DNA from: Candidatus Eiseniibacteriota bacterium | Lineage (GTDB): Bacteria; Eisenbacteria; RBG-16-71-46 | DNA length: 15,767 bases | Direction: 5' to 3' | Assembly (NCBI GenBank): GCA_031366795.1 | Contig: JANLOX010000060.1 | Span: 1-15,767 of the forward strand | In this document: piece by piece, positions 1 to 8,098 of the stretch | Numbering within the stretch: position 1 is the stretch's first letter | Layout: each line of letters begins with the position of its first letter | Notes under the pieces: generated by a model | Told to the model about the DNA's origin: nothing | The model's input: the letters and a program-made list of their open reading frames with translations, nothing else | The model's database searches: none | Program-made: the position numbers and the translations under genes

Positions 1-1
1 G

Positions 2-2569
2 CTCGCCTACAGCACTGACGAGACGCGGCGCGCGCTCGACCTTTGCCTGTTCATCAATGGGCTGCCGATCGCGACCTTCGAGCTGAAGAACAGCCTGACC
101 AAGCAAACGGTGGAGGACGCGGTGGAGCAGTACCGCCGCGATCGCGACCCGCGTGAGCCGCTTTTCGCGTTCGGCCGCTGCGTGGTTCACTTCGCGCTGG
201 ACGATTGCGAGGTGCAAATGTGCACCGAGCTTCGGGGCAAAGGCTCGTGGTTCCTGCCGTTCAACAAGGGCTACAACGATGGAGCGGGCAATCCGCCCAA
301 CCCCAACGGCCTTAAGACGGACTATCTCTGGCGGGTACTGCTCACCCCGGCGGGGCTGACGGACATTCTTGAGAACTACGCCCAGATCATCGAAACGAAG
401 CACGCGAAATCGGGGAAGAAGAAACCGGTCCAGGTCTTTCCGCGGTATCACCAGCTCGGCGTCGTGCGCCCGGCGTTGGCCGATGTGCGCGCGTACGGGG
501 CTGGGAAGCGCTATCTGGTGCAACACTCGGCAGGCAGCGGCAAGTCGAACTCCATTGCATGGCTCGCGCACCAATTGATCGGCGTGAAGCGCGGCGGCAA
601 GGAAGTGTTCGACTCGGTGATCGTCGTCACGGACCGGCGCATCCTCGACGACCAGATCCAGAAGACGATCAAGCAGTTCATGCAGGTCGGAGCGACGGTG
701 GGCCATGCCGAAGGGTCGGGCGACCTGCGCACGTTCATCGAGCAGGGCAAGAAGATCACCGTCTCGACGGTGCAGAAGTTCCCGTTCATCCTCGATGCAA
801 TCGCCACCGAGGGCGGCAAGACATTCGCCATCGTTATTAACGAAGCCCACTCGAGCCAGGGCGGCAAGACTTCAGCAGCGATGAGCAAAGCGCTCGGGGA
901 CGCCTCGGAGACGGATGACTCAGCCCCCGACCCGGAAGACACGGTGAATGCGGCGCTCGAGTCGCGCATTGCGGCGCGCAAGCTGTTGACCAACGCCAGC
1001 TACTTCGCCTTCACGGCAACTCCCAAGAACAAGACGCTGGAAATGTTCGGCGAAGCCCTGGCGCCCGACGCCGAGGGGAACGTCAAACACCGGCCGTTCC
1101 ACAGCTACACGATGAAGCAGGCCGTGGAAGAGGGTTTCATTCTCGACGTGCTCAAGAGCTACACGCCCGTCGATAGCTACTACAAGCTGATCAAGCGGGT
1201 TGAAGCCGATCCCGAGTTCGACACCAAACGAGCACAGAAGAAGCTGCGCCGCTACGTCGAGAGCCATGATTATGCGATCAGGCTCAAAGCCGAAATCATG
1301 GTCGATCACTTTCATGAACAGGTGATGCCCACGGCGAAGATCGGCGGACAGGCGCGTGCGATGATGGTCACGAGCGGCATCGAGCGCGCGATCCAGTACT
1401 TCCACGCCGTGCGGGCGTATCTCGTGGAGCGCAAGAGCCCCTCCGCAGCAATCGTGGCGTTCTCGGGCGAGCCCGAGTACGACGGGGTCAAGGTCAGCGA
1501 GTCGTCGCTCAATGGCTTCTCAAGCGGGGACATCGCCGAGAAAATCCAGACTGACCCGTACCGCTTCCTGATCTGTGCCGACAAGTTCCAGACCGGCTAC
1601 GACGAGCCGCTGCTGCACACGATGTACGTGGACAAGCCGCTCTCCGGCATCAAGGCGGTTCAGACGCTTTCGCGGCTCAACAGGGCGCACCCTAAGAAGC
1701 ACGACTGCTTCGTGCTCGATTTCCAGAACAACAGCGAGGCGATCACCTTCGCCTTCCAGGACTACTACCGCACGACGCTGCTGGCGGAAGAGACCGATCC
1801 CAACAAGCTGCACGACTTGAAGGCGGCGCTCGACAGTGCGCAGGTGTATTCGCCCGAGCAACTACGGCAGGTGGTCGAGTTGTTCCTTGCAGGCGCGGAG
1901 CGCGACGCGCTCGACCCAATTCTCGATGCTTGCGTGGCCGTCTATGCCACCACGCTCAACGAGGACCAACAGGTTGAATTCAAGGGCAAGGCGAAGACCT
2001 TCACACGGACCTACGACTTTCTCGCCTCGGTGATCCCATACACGAACACAGAGTGGGAGAAGCTCTCAATCCTGCTCAACCTGCTGACGCCCAAACTGCC
2101 CGCGCCGACGGAAGAAGATCTCGCCAAGGGCATCCTCGAAGCAATCGACATGGATAGCTATCGCGTCGAGAAGCAGGCGGTGATGAAGCTGGCGTTGGCC
2201 GACGCGGATGCGGAGATCGGTCCTGTGCCGACCGATGGCGGCGGTCGCAGGCCGGAGCCCGAGCTGGATCGCCTGAGCAATATTCTCAAGGCCTTCAACG
2301 AGAATTTCGGCACGCTCTTCACCGATACCGACCGCGTCGCGAAACGTATCCGCGAGGACATCGCGCCACAGGTCGCCGCCGATACGGCCTACCAGAACGC
2401 CAAGGAAAACACACCACACACCGCCCGCCTGGCTCACGATCAGGCGTTGGGCAAGGTCATGCATCTTCTACTCAAGGACGATACCCAGGTCTACAAGCAG
2501 TTCGTGGAGAACGATTCATTCCGTCGCTTCGTCGGCGACATGGTCTACGCGCTGACGAGGCAGGTCTGA
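2..2569 (+). CDS. hsdR: Type I restriction-modification system, restriction (R) subunit; 5'-truncated by the window edge; Walker-B variant NEAH
   Basis: The frame is open from base 2 (LAYSTDETRRALDLCLFINGLPIATFELKNSLTKQTVEDAVEQY), so the ORF-track start at 110 is internal. Motifs: nuclease D-X13-E-X-K (GAC 38-40, GAG-CTG-AAG 80-88), Walker A HSAGSGKS, VVTDRRILDDQ, STVQKF, motif II as INEAH, motif III FTATP, KFQTGYDEP and motif VI VQTLSRLNR. Confidence 0.95.
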   Translation, partial: LAYSTDETRRALDLCLFINGLPIATFELKNSLTKQTVEDAVEQYRRDRDPREPLFAFGRCVVHFALDDCEVQMCTELRGKGSWFLPFNKGYNDGAGNPPNPNGLKTDYLWRVLLTPAGLTDILENYAQIIETKHAKSGKKKPVQVFPRYHQLGVVRPALADVRAYGAGKRYLVQHSAGSGKSNSIAWLAHQLIGVKRGGKEVFDSVIVVTDRRILDDQIQKTIKQFMQVGATVGHAEGSGDLRTFIEQGKKITVSTVQKFPFILDAIATEGGKTFAIVINEAHSSQGGKTSAAMSKALGDASETDDSAPDPEDTVNAALESRIAARKLLTNASYFAFTATPKNKTLEMFGEALAPDAEGNVKHRPFHSYTMKQAVEEGFILDVLKSYTPVDSYYKLIKRVEADPEFDTKRAQKKLRRYVESHDYAIRLKAEIMVDHFHEQVMPTAKIGGQARAMMVTSGIERAIQYFHAVRAYLVERKSPSAAIVAFSGEPEYDGVKVSESSLNGFSSGDIAEKIQTDPYRFLICADKFQTGYDEPLLHTMYVDKPLSGIKAVQTLSRLNRAHPKKHDCFVLDFQNNSEAITFAFQDYYRTTLLAEETDPNKLHDLKAALDSAQVYSPEQLRQVVELFLAGAERDALDPILDACVAVYATTLNEDQQVEFKGKAKTFTRTYDFLASVIPYTNTEWEKLSILLNLLTPKLPAPTEEDLAKGILEAIDMDSYRVEKQAVMKLALADADAEIGPVPTDGGGRRPEPELDRLSNILKAFNENFGTLFTDTDRVAKRIREDIAPQVAADTAYQNAKENTPHTARLAHDQALGKVMHLLLKDDTQVYKQFVENDSFRRFVGDMVYALTRQV

Positions 2570-2666
2570 ACAGCCAAGACGGGAAATGGGCTGAGCGCAA
2601 CACTGGCCGGACGCAGAGCCACGCCCGCTTGAATCAACCGCCCACCTGAGAAACCAGGACCCAATA

Positions 2667-3641
2667 ATGGCGAAAGAATTCTCCGGTGCACCCCAATTCG
2701 TGAAGTATCTCGGACCCGTTCTTGAGGCTCTGCAGCAGCTTGGAGGATCCGGTAGGCCGGACGAAGTGCGCGCTGTCATTGCGCAACGCCTAAGAGTCTC
2801 CGAGGCTGAGCAGTCGGAAGAGTTGCCCAGCAAGGCTCAGCCAAGATTCGACAACCAAGTTCATTGGGCTCGATTCTACCTCGCAAAAGCTGGGTTCTTG
2901 GACTCTTCCAAGCGAGGTGTCTGGGCTTTGACCGACCAGGGTCGCTCATCGGTGCCGTTGAGCGATGTTGCTGCACGGAAATTGTTCCGTGAACTCTCTG
3001 CATCGTTCGCCAAAGCCAAGAAGGCGCAGGCGGAGACGGCCGGGGCCGTCGACGATCAACCCGTGCCATCTACCGACACGACTGCTACCGAACAGGACTA
3101 CCGCACCGAGTTGAGGGCGCGATTTCAGGCACTGTCGCCAGGAGGGTTCGAGCGGTTCTGTCAGCGATTGCTTCGTGAATCAGGATTTCAGGAGGTGTCG
3201 GTAACCGGGCGCTCTGGCGACGGGGGCATCGATGGAATTGGAATCCTGCAGGTCAATGCGCTGGTGAGCTTCAAGGTGCTTTTCCAGTGCAAGCGCTACA
3301 CGGGCGCCGTCGTTGTCGCCCAAGTCCGTGATTTTAGGGGAGCCATGATGGGCCGCGCCGACAAGGGCATTATCCTGACGACGGGCTCTTTCACCGCAGA
3401 TGCACGCAAAGAAGCCGTGCGTGATGGGGTGCCTCCAATTGAACTGGTGGATCGCGAGAAGCTCATCGGGATGCTTGAAACACTGGAATTGGGCTTGAAG
3501 CCGAGAACGACCTACGAGATTGACGGCACCTTCTTTAGAGAGCTTCAGGTGAGAACTGTGATTGCCGAAATGTGCCGCGTCGGAGGCGGGACCGTGCAGA
3601 GGGAATGGCGATTCCTTCTATTCCCAGGGCCACAATCGTGA
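2667..3641 (+). CDS. mrr: Mrr-family (type IV) restriction endonuclease, N-terminal winged helix plus Mrr catalytic domain; the last ~30 aa are probably a frameshift extension
   Basis: Mrr_N-like segment FDNQVHWARFYLAKAGFLDSSKRGVWALT. Catalytic segment FERFCQRLLRESGF...TGRSGDGGIDG...VLFQCKRY...VRDFRGAM...GIILTTGSFTADA...IELVD. AGGA lies upstream of ATG 2667, and the gene sits directly behind hsdR. Confidence 0.92.
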   Translation: MAKEFSGAPQFVKYLGPVLEALQQLGGSGRPDEVRAVIAQRLRVSEAEQSEELPSKAQPRFDNQVHWARFYLAKAGFLDSSKRGVWALTDQGRSSVPLSDVAARKLFRELSASFAKAKKAQAETAGAVDDQPVPSTDTTATEQDYRTELRARFQALSPGGFERFCQRLLRESGFQEVSVTGRSGDGGIDGIGILQVNALVSFKVLFQCKRYTGAVVVAQVRDFRGAMMGRADKGIILTTGSFTADARKEAVRDGVPPIELVDREKLIGMLETLELGLKPRTTYEIDGTFFRELQVRTVIAEMCRVGGGTVQREWRFLLFPGPQS

Positions 3642-4081
3642 ATGACCAACAAACCGCCATCGCCACCGTAGGTCACGCGATACAACTGTCGGTCGCCCCG
3701 GTGTTCCTGCTGTCGGCGATCGCCGGGATGCTCGCCGTGCTCACGAACCGGCTGGCGCGCGTCGTGGACCGGGCCCGCGGTGTCGAGGCGCAGCTCGAAA
3801 GCGCAGCACCAGGCCATCTCGCGGTATTGCACGACAGCCTCAAGATGTCGGCGCGCCGCGCGAAGCTGATCAATTTCGCCGTAACGTTCTGCACCATCAC
3901 GGCCGTCCTGGTGTGCGCCGTCGTGGCGATCCTGTTCGTTGGGGCGTTCCTGCGGTTCGATGTGTCCGCGTTTATCGCGACGTTGTTCGTGGCCGGCATG
4001 TCGACGTTTATAGTTGGCCTGTTGTTCTTCCTGCGTGAGATCTTCCTCGCGACGGCAAGCCTGCGAATCGGACCGCATTGA
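3638..4081 (+). CDS. DUF2721-like small membrane protein
   Basis: Begins AIQLSVAPVFLLSAIAGMLAVLTNRLARVVDRAR, followed by hydrophobic helices and a C-terminal FLREIFLA. This matches my recollection of the DUF2721 family. Likely start is GTG 3638; ATG 3605 is an alternative. Confidence 0.8.
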   Translation: MNDQQTAIATVGHAIQLSVAPVFLLSAIAGMLAVLTNRLARVVDRARGVEAQLESAAPGHLAVLHDSLKMSARRAKLINFAVTFCTITAVLVCAVVAILFVGAFLRFDVSAFIATLFVAGMSTFIVGLLFFLREIFLATASLRIGPH

Positions 4082-4097
4082 ATTGGGGGATGCAAAA

Positions 4098-4562
4098 ATG
4101 CTCGACACCCTGCAGATTGTTGGAACGAGTGCCCAGCCGGCCGCGGTGATTCGCCTCACAATTGCACGATCGGAGATGCAGCAGGCCATGGGGCCTGCGA
4201 TCGGCGAGCTGATGGCCACGGTCGCTGCTCAGGGCCAGCGGCCCGCAGGCGCGATCTTCTCGCATCATTTCAAGATGGATCCCGCGACCTTCGAGTTCGA
4301 GGTCGGTGTACCCGTGGCTTCGGCGATCACGGAATCCGGCCGCGTGAAGATGAGCGAACTCCCCGCGACGACGGTCGCGCGAACGGTGTACACGGGCCCC
4401 TACGAGGGCCTCGGCGCCGCATGGGGCGAGTTTAACGCGATGCTCTCGGAAGCAGGGCACACGCCGGCCGCGAACCTGTGGGAGTGCTACGTCGCGGGTC
4501 CCGAGACGGGGCCGGACTCCTCGAGGTGGCGCACCGAATTGAACCGGCCGTTGGTTCGGTAG
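4098..4562 (+). CDS. GyrI-like small-molecule-binding domain protein (stand-alone AraC effector-binding fold)
   Basis: GGGGGA RBS before ATG 4098. Motifs FEVGVPV, ELPATTVARTVYTGPYEGLGAAW, and WECYVAGPET...WRTELNRPL are typical of GyrI-like domains. Confidence 0.88.
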   Translation: MLDTLQIVGTSAQPAAVIRLTIARSEMQQAMGPAIGELMATVAAQGQRPAGAIFSHHFKMDPATFEFEVGVPVASAITESGRVKMSELPATTVARTVYTGPYEGLGAAWGEFNAMLSEAGHTPAANLWECYVAGPETGPDSSRWRTELNRPLVR

Positions 4563-4614
4563 CTTCGGGAAACATCGCGCCGCATTGCCCGGATGCGCGG
4601 GCGGCCCCGCGGAT

Positions 4615-5829
4615 CTACCGCTTGGGCGCGGTCGAGCCGATTCCGGCGCCGACGGGCGCCGAGTGCGCTTCGCCGGCCGCCACCGAATTGTGCACATCCA
4701 GAATCGCCGCCTCGCCCGGGTAAGGCATCGCGCACGCCTGGATCAGCGATGCCATTTTGGCGGTGACGCGCTGGATGCGCTTGGCCGCTTCGTGCACGGC
4801 CTCGATCTTCTGGACCGTGGGCTGCGGCAGTTCGTTGGCTTTGCGCAGCATCAGCTGCGCGTTGCCGACGATCGTGGCGAGCGGGTTGTTGATCTCGTGG
4901 TTCAGCGCGCCGACGGTCTCGGTGACGCCGCGCAGCCGCTCAGTATCGAGCATACGCAATTGCGCGTCGGCGATTTCGCGGAAGGCGCGGCGCTCCGCGG
5001 CGATGGCGAACGCGTTCTTGATGCCGGCGGCCGCCTGCGACGCGATGATCGTCAGCACCTCGAGGTCATGCTGGTCGTAGGCGTCGGCCGTGTCGTAGTC
5101 CTGCAGGCCGATCACCCCGACGGCGCGGCCATCGACCACCAGGGGCGCTCCCAGCCAGGACAGGCTGGCGCGGCCCCTGGGTTCGATGCCGAGTTCCTTC
5201 GCGCGCTCACCGACGTTGTTGTTGAGCAGCAGCGGCTCGCGCGTGCGCAGCAGGTGCTCGGTGAGCCCGTTGCCGAAGGGGCGCGAGGTGTGTTCCTTCC
5301 ACTCGCCGTCTTCCATGTAGCGCGGGAAGGTAACGGTCTCGGCATCCGCGTCGTAGACGGCGATGTAGATGCTCTTGCACGGGATCGCGCGCTGCGTGGC
5401 CTCGTAGGTGCGCTCGGCCAGCTGCCCGATCTCGAGCATGCTCGACAACGCCACGCCGGCGTCGCGCAGTACGATGAAGTCGTGATCCCGCTCGGCCAGC
5501 ATGCGGCGGAGGTCCAGCTCGGCGGTCACTTCCTGGAACGTGACGCCCAGCGTGCGGTCCTCGCCGGTGCTCATGAACGAGATGCGGAAGGCCGGGCGCG
5601 GCTCAGGCCCCACGATCAGCGGCGCCGTCGACTGGATGTGACGCTCGACCCACGCGCGAGTGAGCACGCGCAGGAACGTCGCGCCGAACAGTTCCGACGG
5701 CGTCGCGGCGACGCCATAGCTCTCGGTGAGTTCGACGAACGCGCGGTTGGCGTCGACGACTTCACCCGACTGGGTGACGACGATGACGGGTGCGGGGAAG
5801 TTGCTGATCAGTGCGTCGCCGTTCTTCAC
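4615..5829 (-). CDS. Cytoplasmic sensor protein: PAS-like + GAF + HisKA (DHp) domain, with no HATPase domain
   Basis: PAS-like N-terminus (PAPVIVVTQSGEVVDANRAF), GAF (GLTEHLLRTREPLLL...SWLGAPLVVDGRAVGVIGLQDY...YDQHDLEVLTIIASQAA), and H-box LNHEINNPLATIVGNAQL. GTG start with GGGGA upstream. No N, G1, F or G2 boxes occur before the stop. Confidence 0.88.
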   Translation of the reverse strand: MKNGDALISNFPAPVIVVTQSGEVVDANRAFVELTESYGVAATPSELFGATFLRVLTRAWVERHIQSTAPLIVGPEPRPAFRISFMSTGEDRTLGVTFQEVTAELDLRRMLAERDHDFIVLRDAGVALSSMLEIGQLAERTYEATQRAIPCKSIYIAVYDADAETVTFPRYMEDGEWKEHTSRPFGNGLTEHLLRTREPLLLNNNVGERAKELGIEPRGRASLSWLGAPLVVDGRAVGVIGLQDYDTADAYDQHDLEVLTIIASQAAAGIKNAFAIAAERRAFREIADAQLRMLDTERLRGVTETVGALNHEINNPLATIVGNAQLMLRKANELPQPTVQKIEAVHEAAKRIQRVTAKMASLIQACAMPYPGEAAILDVHNSVAAGEAHSAPVGAGIGSTAPKR

Positions 5830-5907
5830 GAGAGCGTCCCCTTATTCCCCGGCCTGACTGTTCGAATGGCCGATGCATGTTCCTTAGGCGGCATATCAAT
5901 ACGAACG

Positions 5908-5934
5908 TTATCGGCCGCTTGGGCCTGCGGCTAA
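5908..5934 (-). promoter_or_regulatory. Possible sigma28 (FliA/SigD)-type promoter for the PAS-GAF-HisKA gene
   Basis: The minus strand reads TTAG-N15-GCCGATAA. The -10 matches the consensus GCCGATAA exactly; the -35 matches TAAA only partly. It lies about 80 nt upstream of the GTG at 5829. Confidence 0.4.
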
Positions 5935-5954
5935 ACCTCGTCGCGTGCCACGGA

Positions 5955-5970
5955 TGGCCTGTTCCTTGCG
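5955..5970 (+). promoter_or_regulatory. Putative sigma54 (RpoN) -24/-12 promoter for the beta-barrel/lipoprotein pair
   Basis: TGGCCTGTTCCTTGCG compared with the consensus TGGCAC-N5-TTGCW. GG-N10-GC spacing is exact, and the site is about 70 nt upstream of ATG 6042. Confidence 0.55.
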
Positions 5971-6041
5971 CTTCCGGGCGGCGGAAGTCGCTGTCGCGAC
6001 GCTGAGCCAACCCACCCATCTCTCATACGGAGTCCAAGGCG

Positions 6042-7370
6042 ATGAACCATCGCGCGCTAGCTGCGGTGACGCTCCTGCTGTGTGTTCTTGCAGGTTCGGC
6101 ATCGGGGCAGTCACTGAATGCAAGACGCACGGGCATGGGGGGCGTTTTGCTTCCCGGTGGCGGCTCGGGAAGCGCCGCGGTCAACGTCGCCTACCAGGCG
6201 GTGCCGTCGGCCCCGGGTTCGAGCTACGACCTGCCGTTGCCAATCGGGCTGTTGCCGCTGATCAACGATCCACCCGTATTCGACGTGAAGGACCCGAAGT
6301 TCAACGTCTACGACCTCGCGAACAAGCTCTACAACCCGCCGTGGAACCTGCAGCTTGTTACGCCCAAGACGCCCTCGAACGACATCGTGATTTCGCTCGG
6401 CCGCGACTATCTCTCGCTGCAACTCGGTGATATCGCGAATGTGTTCCCCGAGCACGGCAGCAAGTTCGGTGGCGTCGCGCACTTCCCCGCGGTGGGACTT
6501 GGGCTCCGGAACTTCTTCGCCAATGTCTCAGGGCTCACGCATGTCGAGAACGACCTCAACCTGAACAAGCCGCTGCTGGCGTCGCTGCGCAACGGTGAGG
6601 CGTTCAAGACGCAGACGGAATATGGCCTGACCGACGACGCGAAGGGCCAGGCCGCCGGCGCGCTGCAGGCGGGCTGGGCGGGGGCGCTGACGCGCGCGAA
6701 TCGCGACAACAAGGCGCACGACCGCTCGGGCTTCTACGCGGGAGCCCGAGTGAAGCTGCTGCGCGGGTTGGCCTATGGCGAATCGCGGAACCGCGCGGGC
6801 TTCACCACCGGCGACACGTTGTTCTCGAGCAGCCCCATCGAGATCGACTACCTGGGCTTCACGCGCACCGCGATGCCGTCGGATGGCGGTTGGGGACAGG
6901 GCTTCGATGCCGGCGTGGTGTGGATTGCGCGCGGCTTCGAGATCGGTGTCGGCGGCAATGACCTGAGCTCGCGCATCAAGTGGAAGGTCGAGGAGAGCGT
7001 CGTCCAGCGCGACAGCGTCACGGGCAACGTGAGCAGCACCGTGACGGCACAGGGCGTGCCGTACACGAGCGAGATCCCGGCAACCTACGTCGTCACCGCG
7101 CAGCGCCGCTTCGGCGGCACGCTGGTGGCGGCGGATGCCGTGCGCGGCATCTTCGACACCACGTTCCATGTCGGCGCCGAGCAGTGGGTCGGCCCGGTTG
7201 CCCTGCGCGCCGGCGGCTCGCTCGATGGCGAGCAGCAGATCCAGTACGCGGGCGGCGTCGGCTTGAAGTTCGGACGCATCGGCGCGGATGCCGGTGTCGC
7301 CACCAACTCACGCAATCTTTCCCGCCAGCGTGGCCTCGAGTTGTGCGTCGGCCTCGCGCTCTACCATTAA
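6042..7370 (+). CDS. Exported protein, putative outer-membrane beta-barrel (FadL/PorV/TraF/DUF5723-like)
   Basis: Signal peptide MNHRALAAVTLLLCVLAGSASG. The mature N-terminus NARRTGMGG resembles the ARxxxMGG plug motif. Many alternating amphipathic strands (GFYAGARVKLLRG, GQGFDAGVVW, FHVGAEQWV, ALRAG, YAGGVGLKFG, ADAGVAT) and a terminal strand ELCVGLALYH. Confidence 0.7.
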   Translation: MNHRALAAVTLLLCVLAGSASGQSLNARRTGMGGVLLPGGGSGSAAVNVAYQAVPSAPGSSYDLPLPIGLLPLINDPPVFDVKDPKFNVYDLANKLYNPPWNLQLVTPKTPSNDIVISLGRDYLSLQLGDIANVFPEHGSKFGGVAHFPAVGLGLRNFFANVSGLTHVENDLNLNKPLLASLRNGEAFKTQTEYGLTDDAKGQAAGALQAGWAGALTRANRDNKAHDRSGFYAGARVKLLRGLAYGESRNRAGFTTGDTLFSSSPIEIDYLGFTRTAMPSDGGWGQGFDAGVVWIARGFEIGVGGNDLSSRIKWKVEESVVQRDSVTGNVSSTVTAQGVPYTSEIPATYVVTAQRRFGGTLVAADAVRGIFDTTFHVGAEQWVGPVALRAGGSLDGEQQIQYAGGVGLKFGRIGADAGVATNSRNLSRQRGLELCVGLALYH

Positions 7371-7383
7371 GGGAGACGGAATC

Positions 7384-7956
7384 ATGCGCTCAGGACTGTT
7401 GAAGCTGGCCGTCTCCGCCACTGCGCTCGCGCTGCTCGCGGGCTGCGGCGACCGTAACCTGGTGATTGCCGTCGATGTGCTCAGCTACCTCGACCCAACC
7501 GTCACGCAGTTCGCATTCGGTCCCCTGCCCGCGGTGCCGGGCGGCGTTGCCACGGGAGAGATCGCCGTCGTGAAGGACGTGCACATCAATCTGGTCGAGC
7601 GGCCGAATGACCTCACGAAGGTGCAGAGCGTGAGCCTCCAGTTCGGCGCCGAGGTGCGGGACTCGACGGGCTCGGGTGCCGATACGCTGCGACTCTACTT
7701 GAGCGACAACGCGACGGACCCGCTGACCACGCCGGCGGTCGCGACGCTGCCCGTAGCGCTCGTCGCTGGTCAGGTGGACACGGTAAACGTGAACGTCAGT
7801 GGCGACCAGCGGTTGGCGGATTTGTTCAACGGCAACAGCCTGCGGATGTCGGCGACGAACTCGGCGCGCGGACCGGCGTCAGGTGCGGACCTCAATGGCC
7901 GGCTCAAGTTCACGAAGATCATCGCCACGGTGATCGCGGGCCGCAAGGGGCTGTAA
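7384..7956 (+). CDS. Lipoprotein of unknown function, beta-rich
   Basis: AAGGGAG RBS. Signal MRSGLLKLAVSATALALLAG-C with a canonical LAGC lipobox (Cys21, TGC 7444-7446). Starts 13 nt after the barrel stop. Confidence 0.85.
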   Translation: MRSGLLKLAVSATALALLAGCGDRNLVIAVDVLSYLDPTVTQFAFGPLPAVPGGVATGEIAVVKDVHINLVERPNDLTKVQSVSLQFGAEVRDSTGSGADTLRLYLSDNATDPLTTPAVATLPVALVAGQVDTVNVNVSGDQRLADLFNGNSLRMSATNSARGPASGADLNGRLKFTKIIATVIAGRKGL

Positions 7957-8040
7957 GGCGGCGCGGGCAGGCGGGGCGCGAGATCGCGGTTCCCGCCACT
8001 CACCGCGCGCAGCGGCGTTCGATCGCTGCTATCCCTCAGC

Positions 8041-8081
8041 AAAAAGAAGAACCCCGTCGCCAACTGGCCACGGGGTTCTTT
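8041..8081 (-). terminator. Intrinsic terminator for the HU gene, possibly bidirectional
   Basis: Perfect 11-bp stem AAGAACCCCGT (8047-8057) / ACGGGGTTCTT (8070-8080) with an inner GCCA/TGGC extension. CTTTTT follows on the minus strand. It lies between convergent genes. Confidence 0.85.
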
Positions 8082-8098
8082 GGGGGAAAAGCTTGTGC

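Noticed and set aside
2570..4614. Possible integron cassette array (mrr, DUF2721, GyrI-like as short same-strand genes)
   Set aside because: I found no RYYYAAC...GTTRRRY attC-like palindromes in the spacers and no integrase in the window.
4563..4614. GC hairpin CGCGGG-CGGC-CCCGCG between the convergent GyrI-like and sensor genes as a terminator
   Set aside because: The stem is short, there is no U-tract on either strand, and such hairpins are expected by chance at this GC content.
4585..5934. 449-aa plus-strand ORF
   Set aside because: It is the antisense shadow of the PAS-GAF-HisKA gene. It has no recognisable motifs, and long shadow ORFs are expected at high GC.
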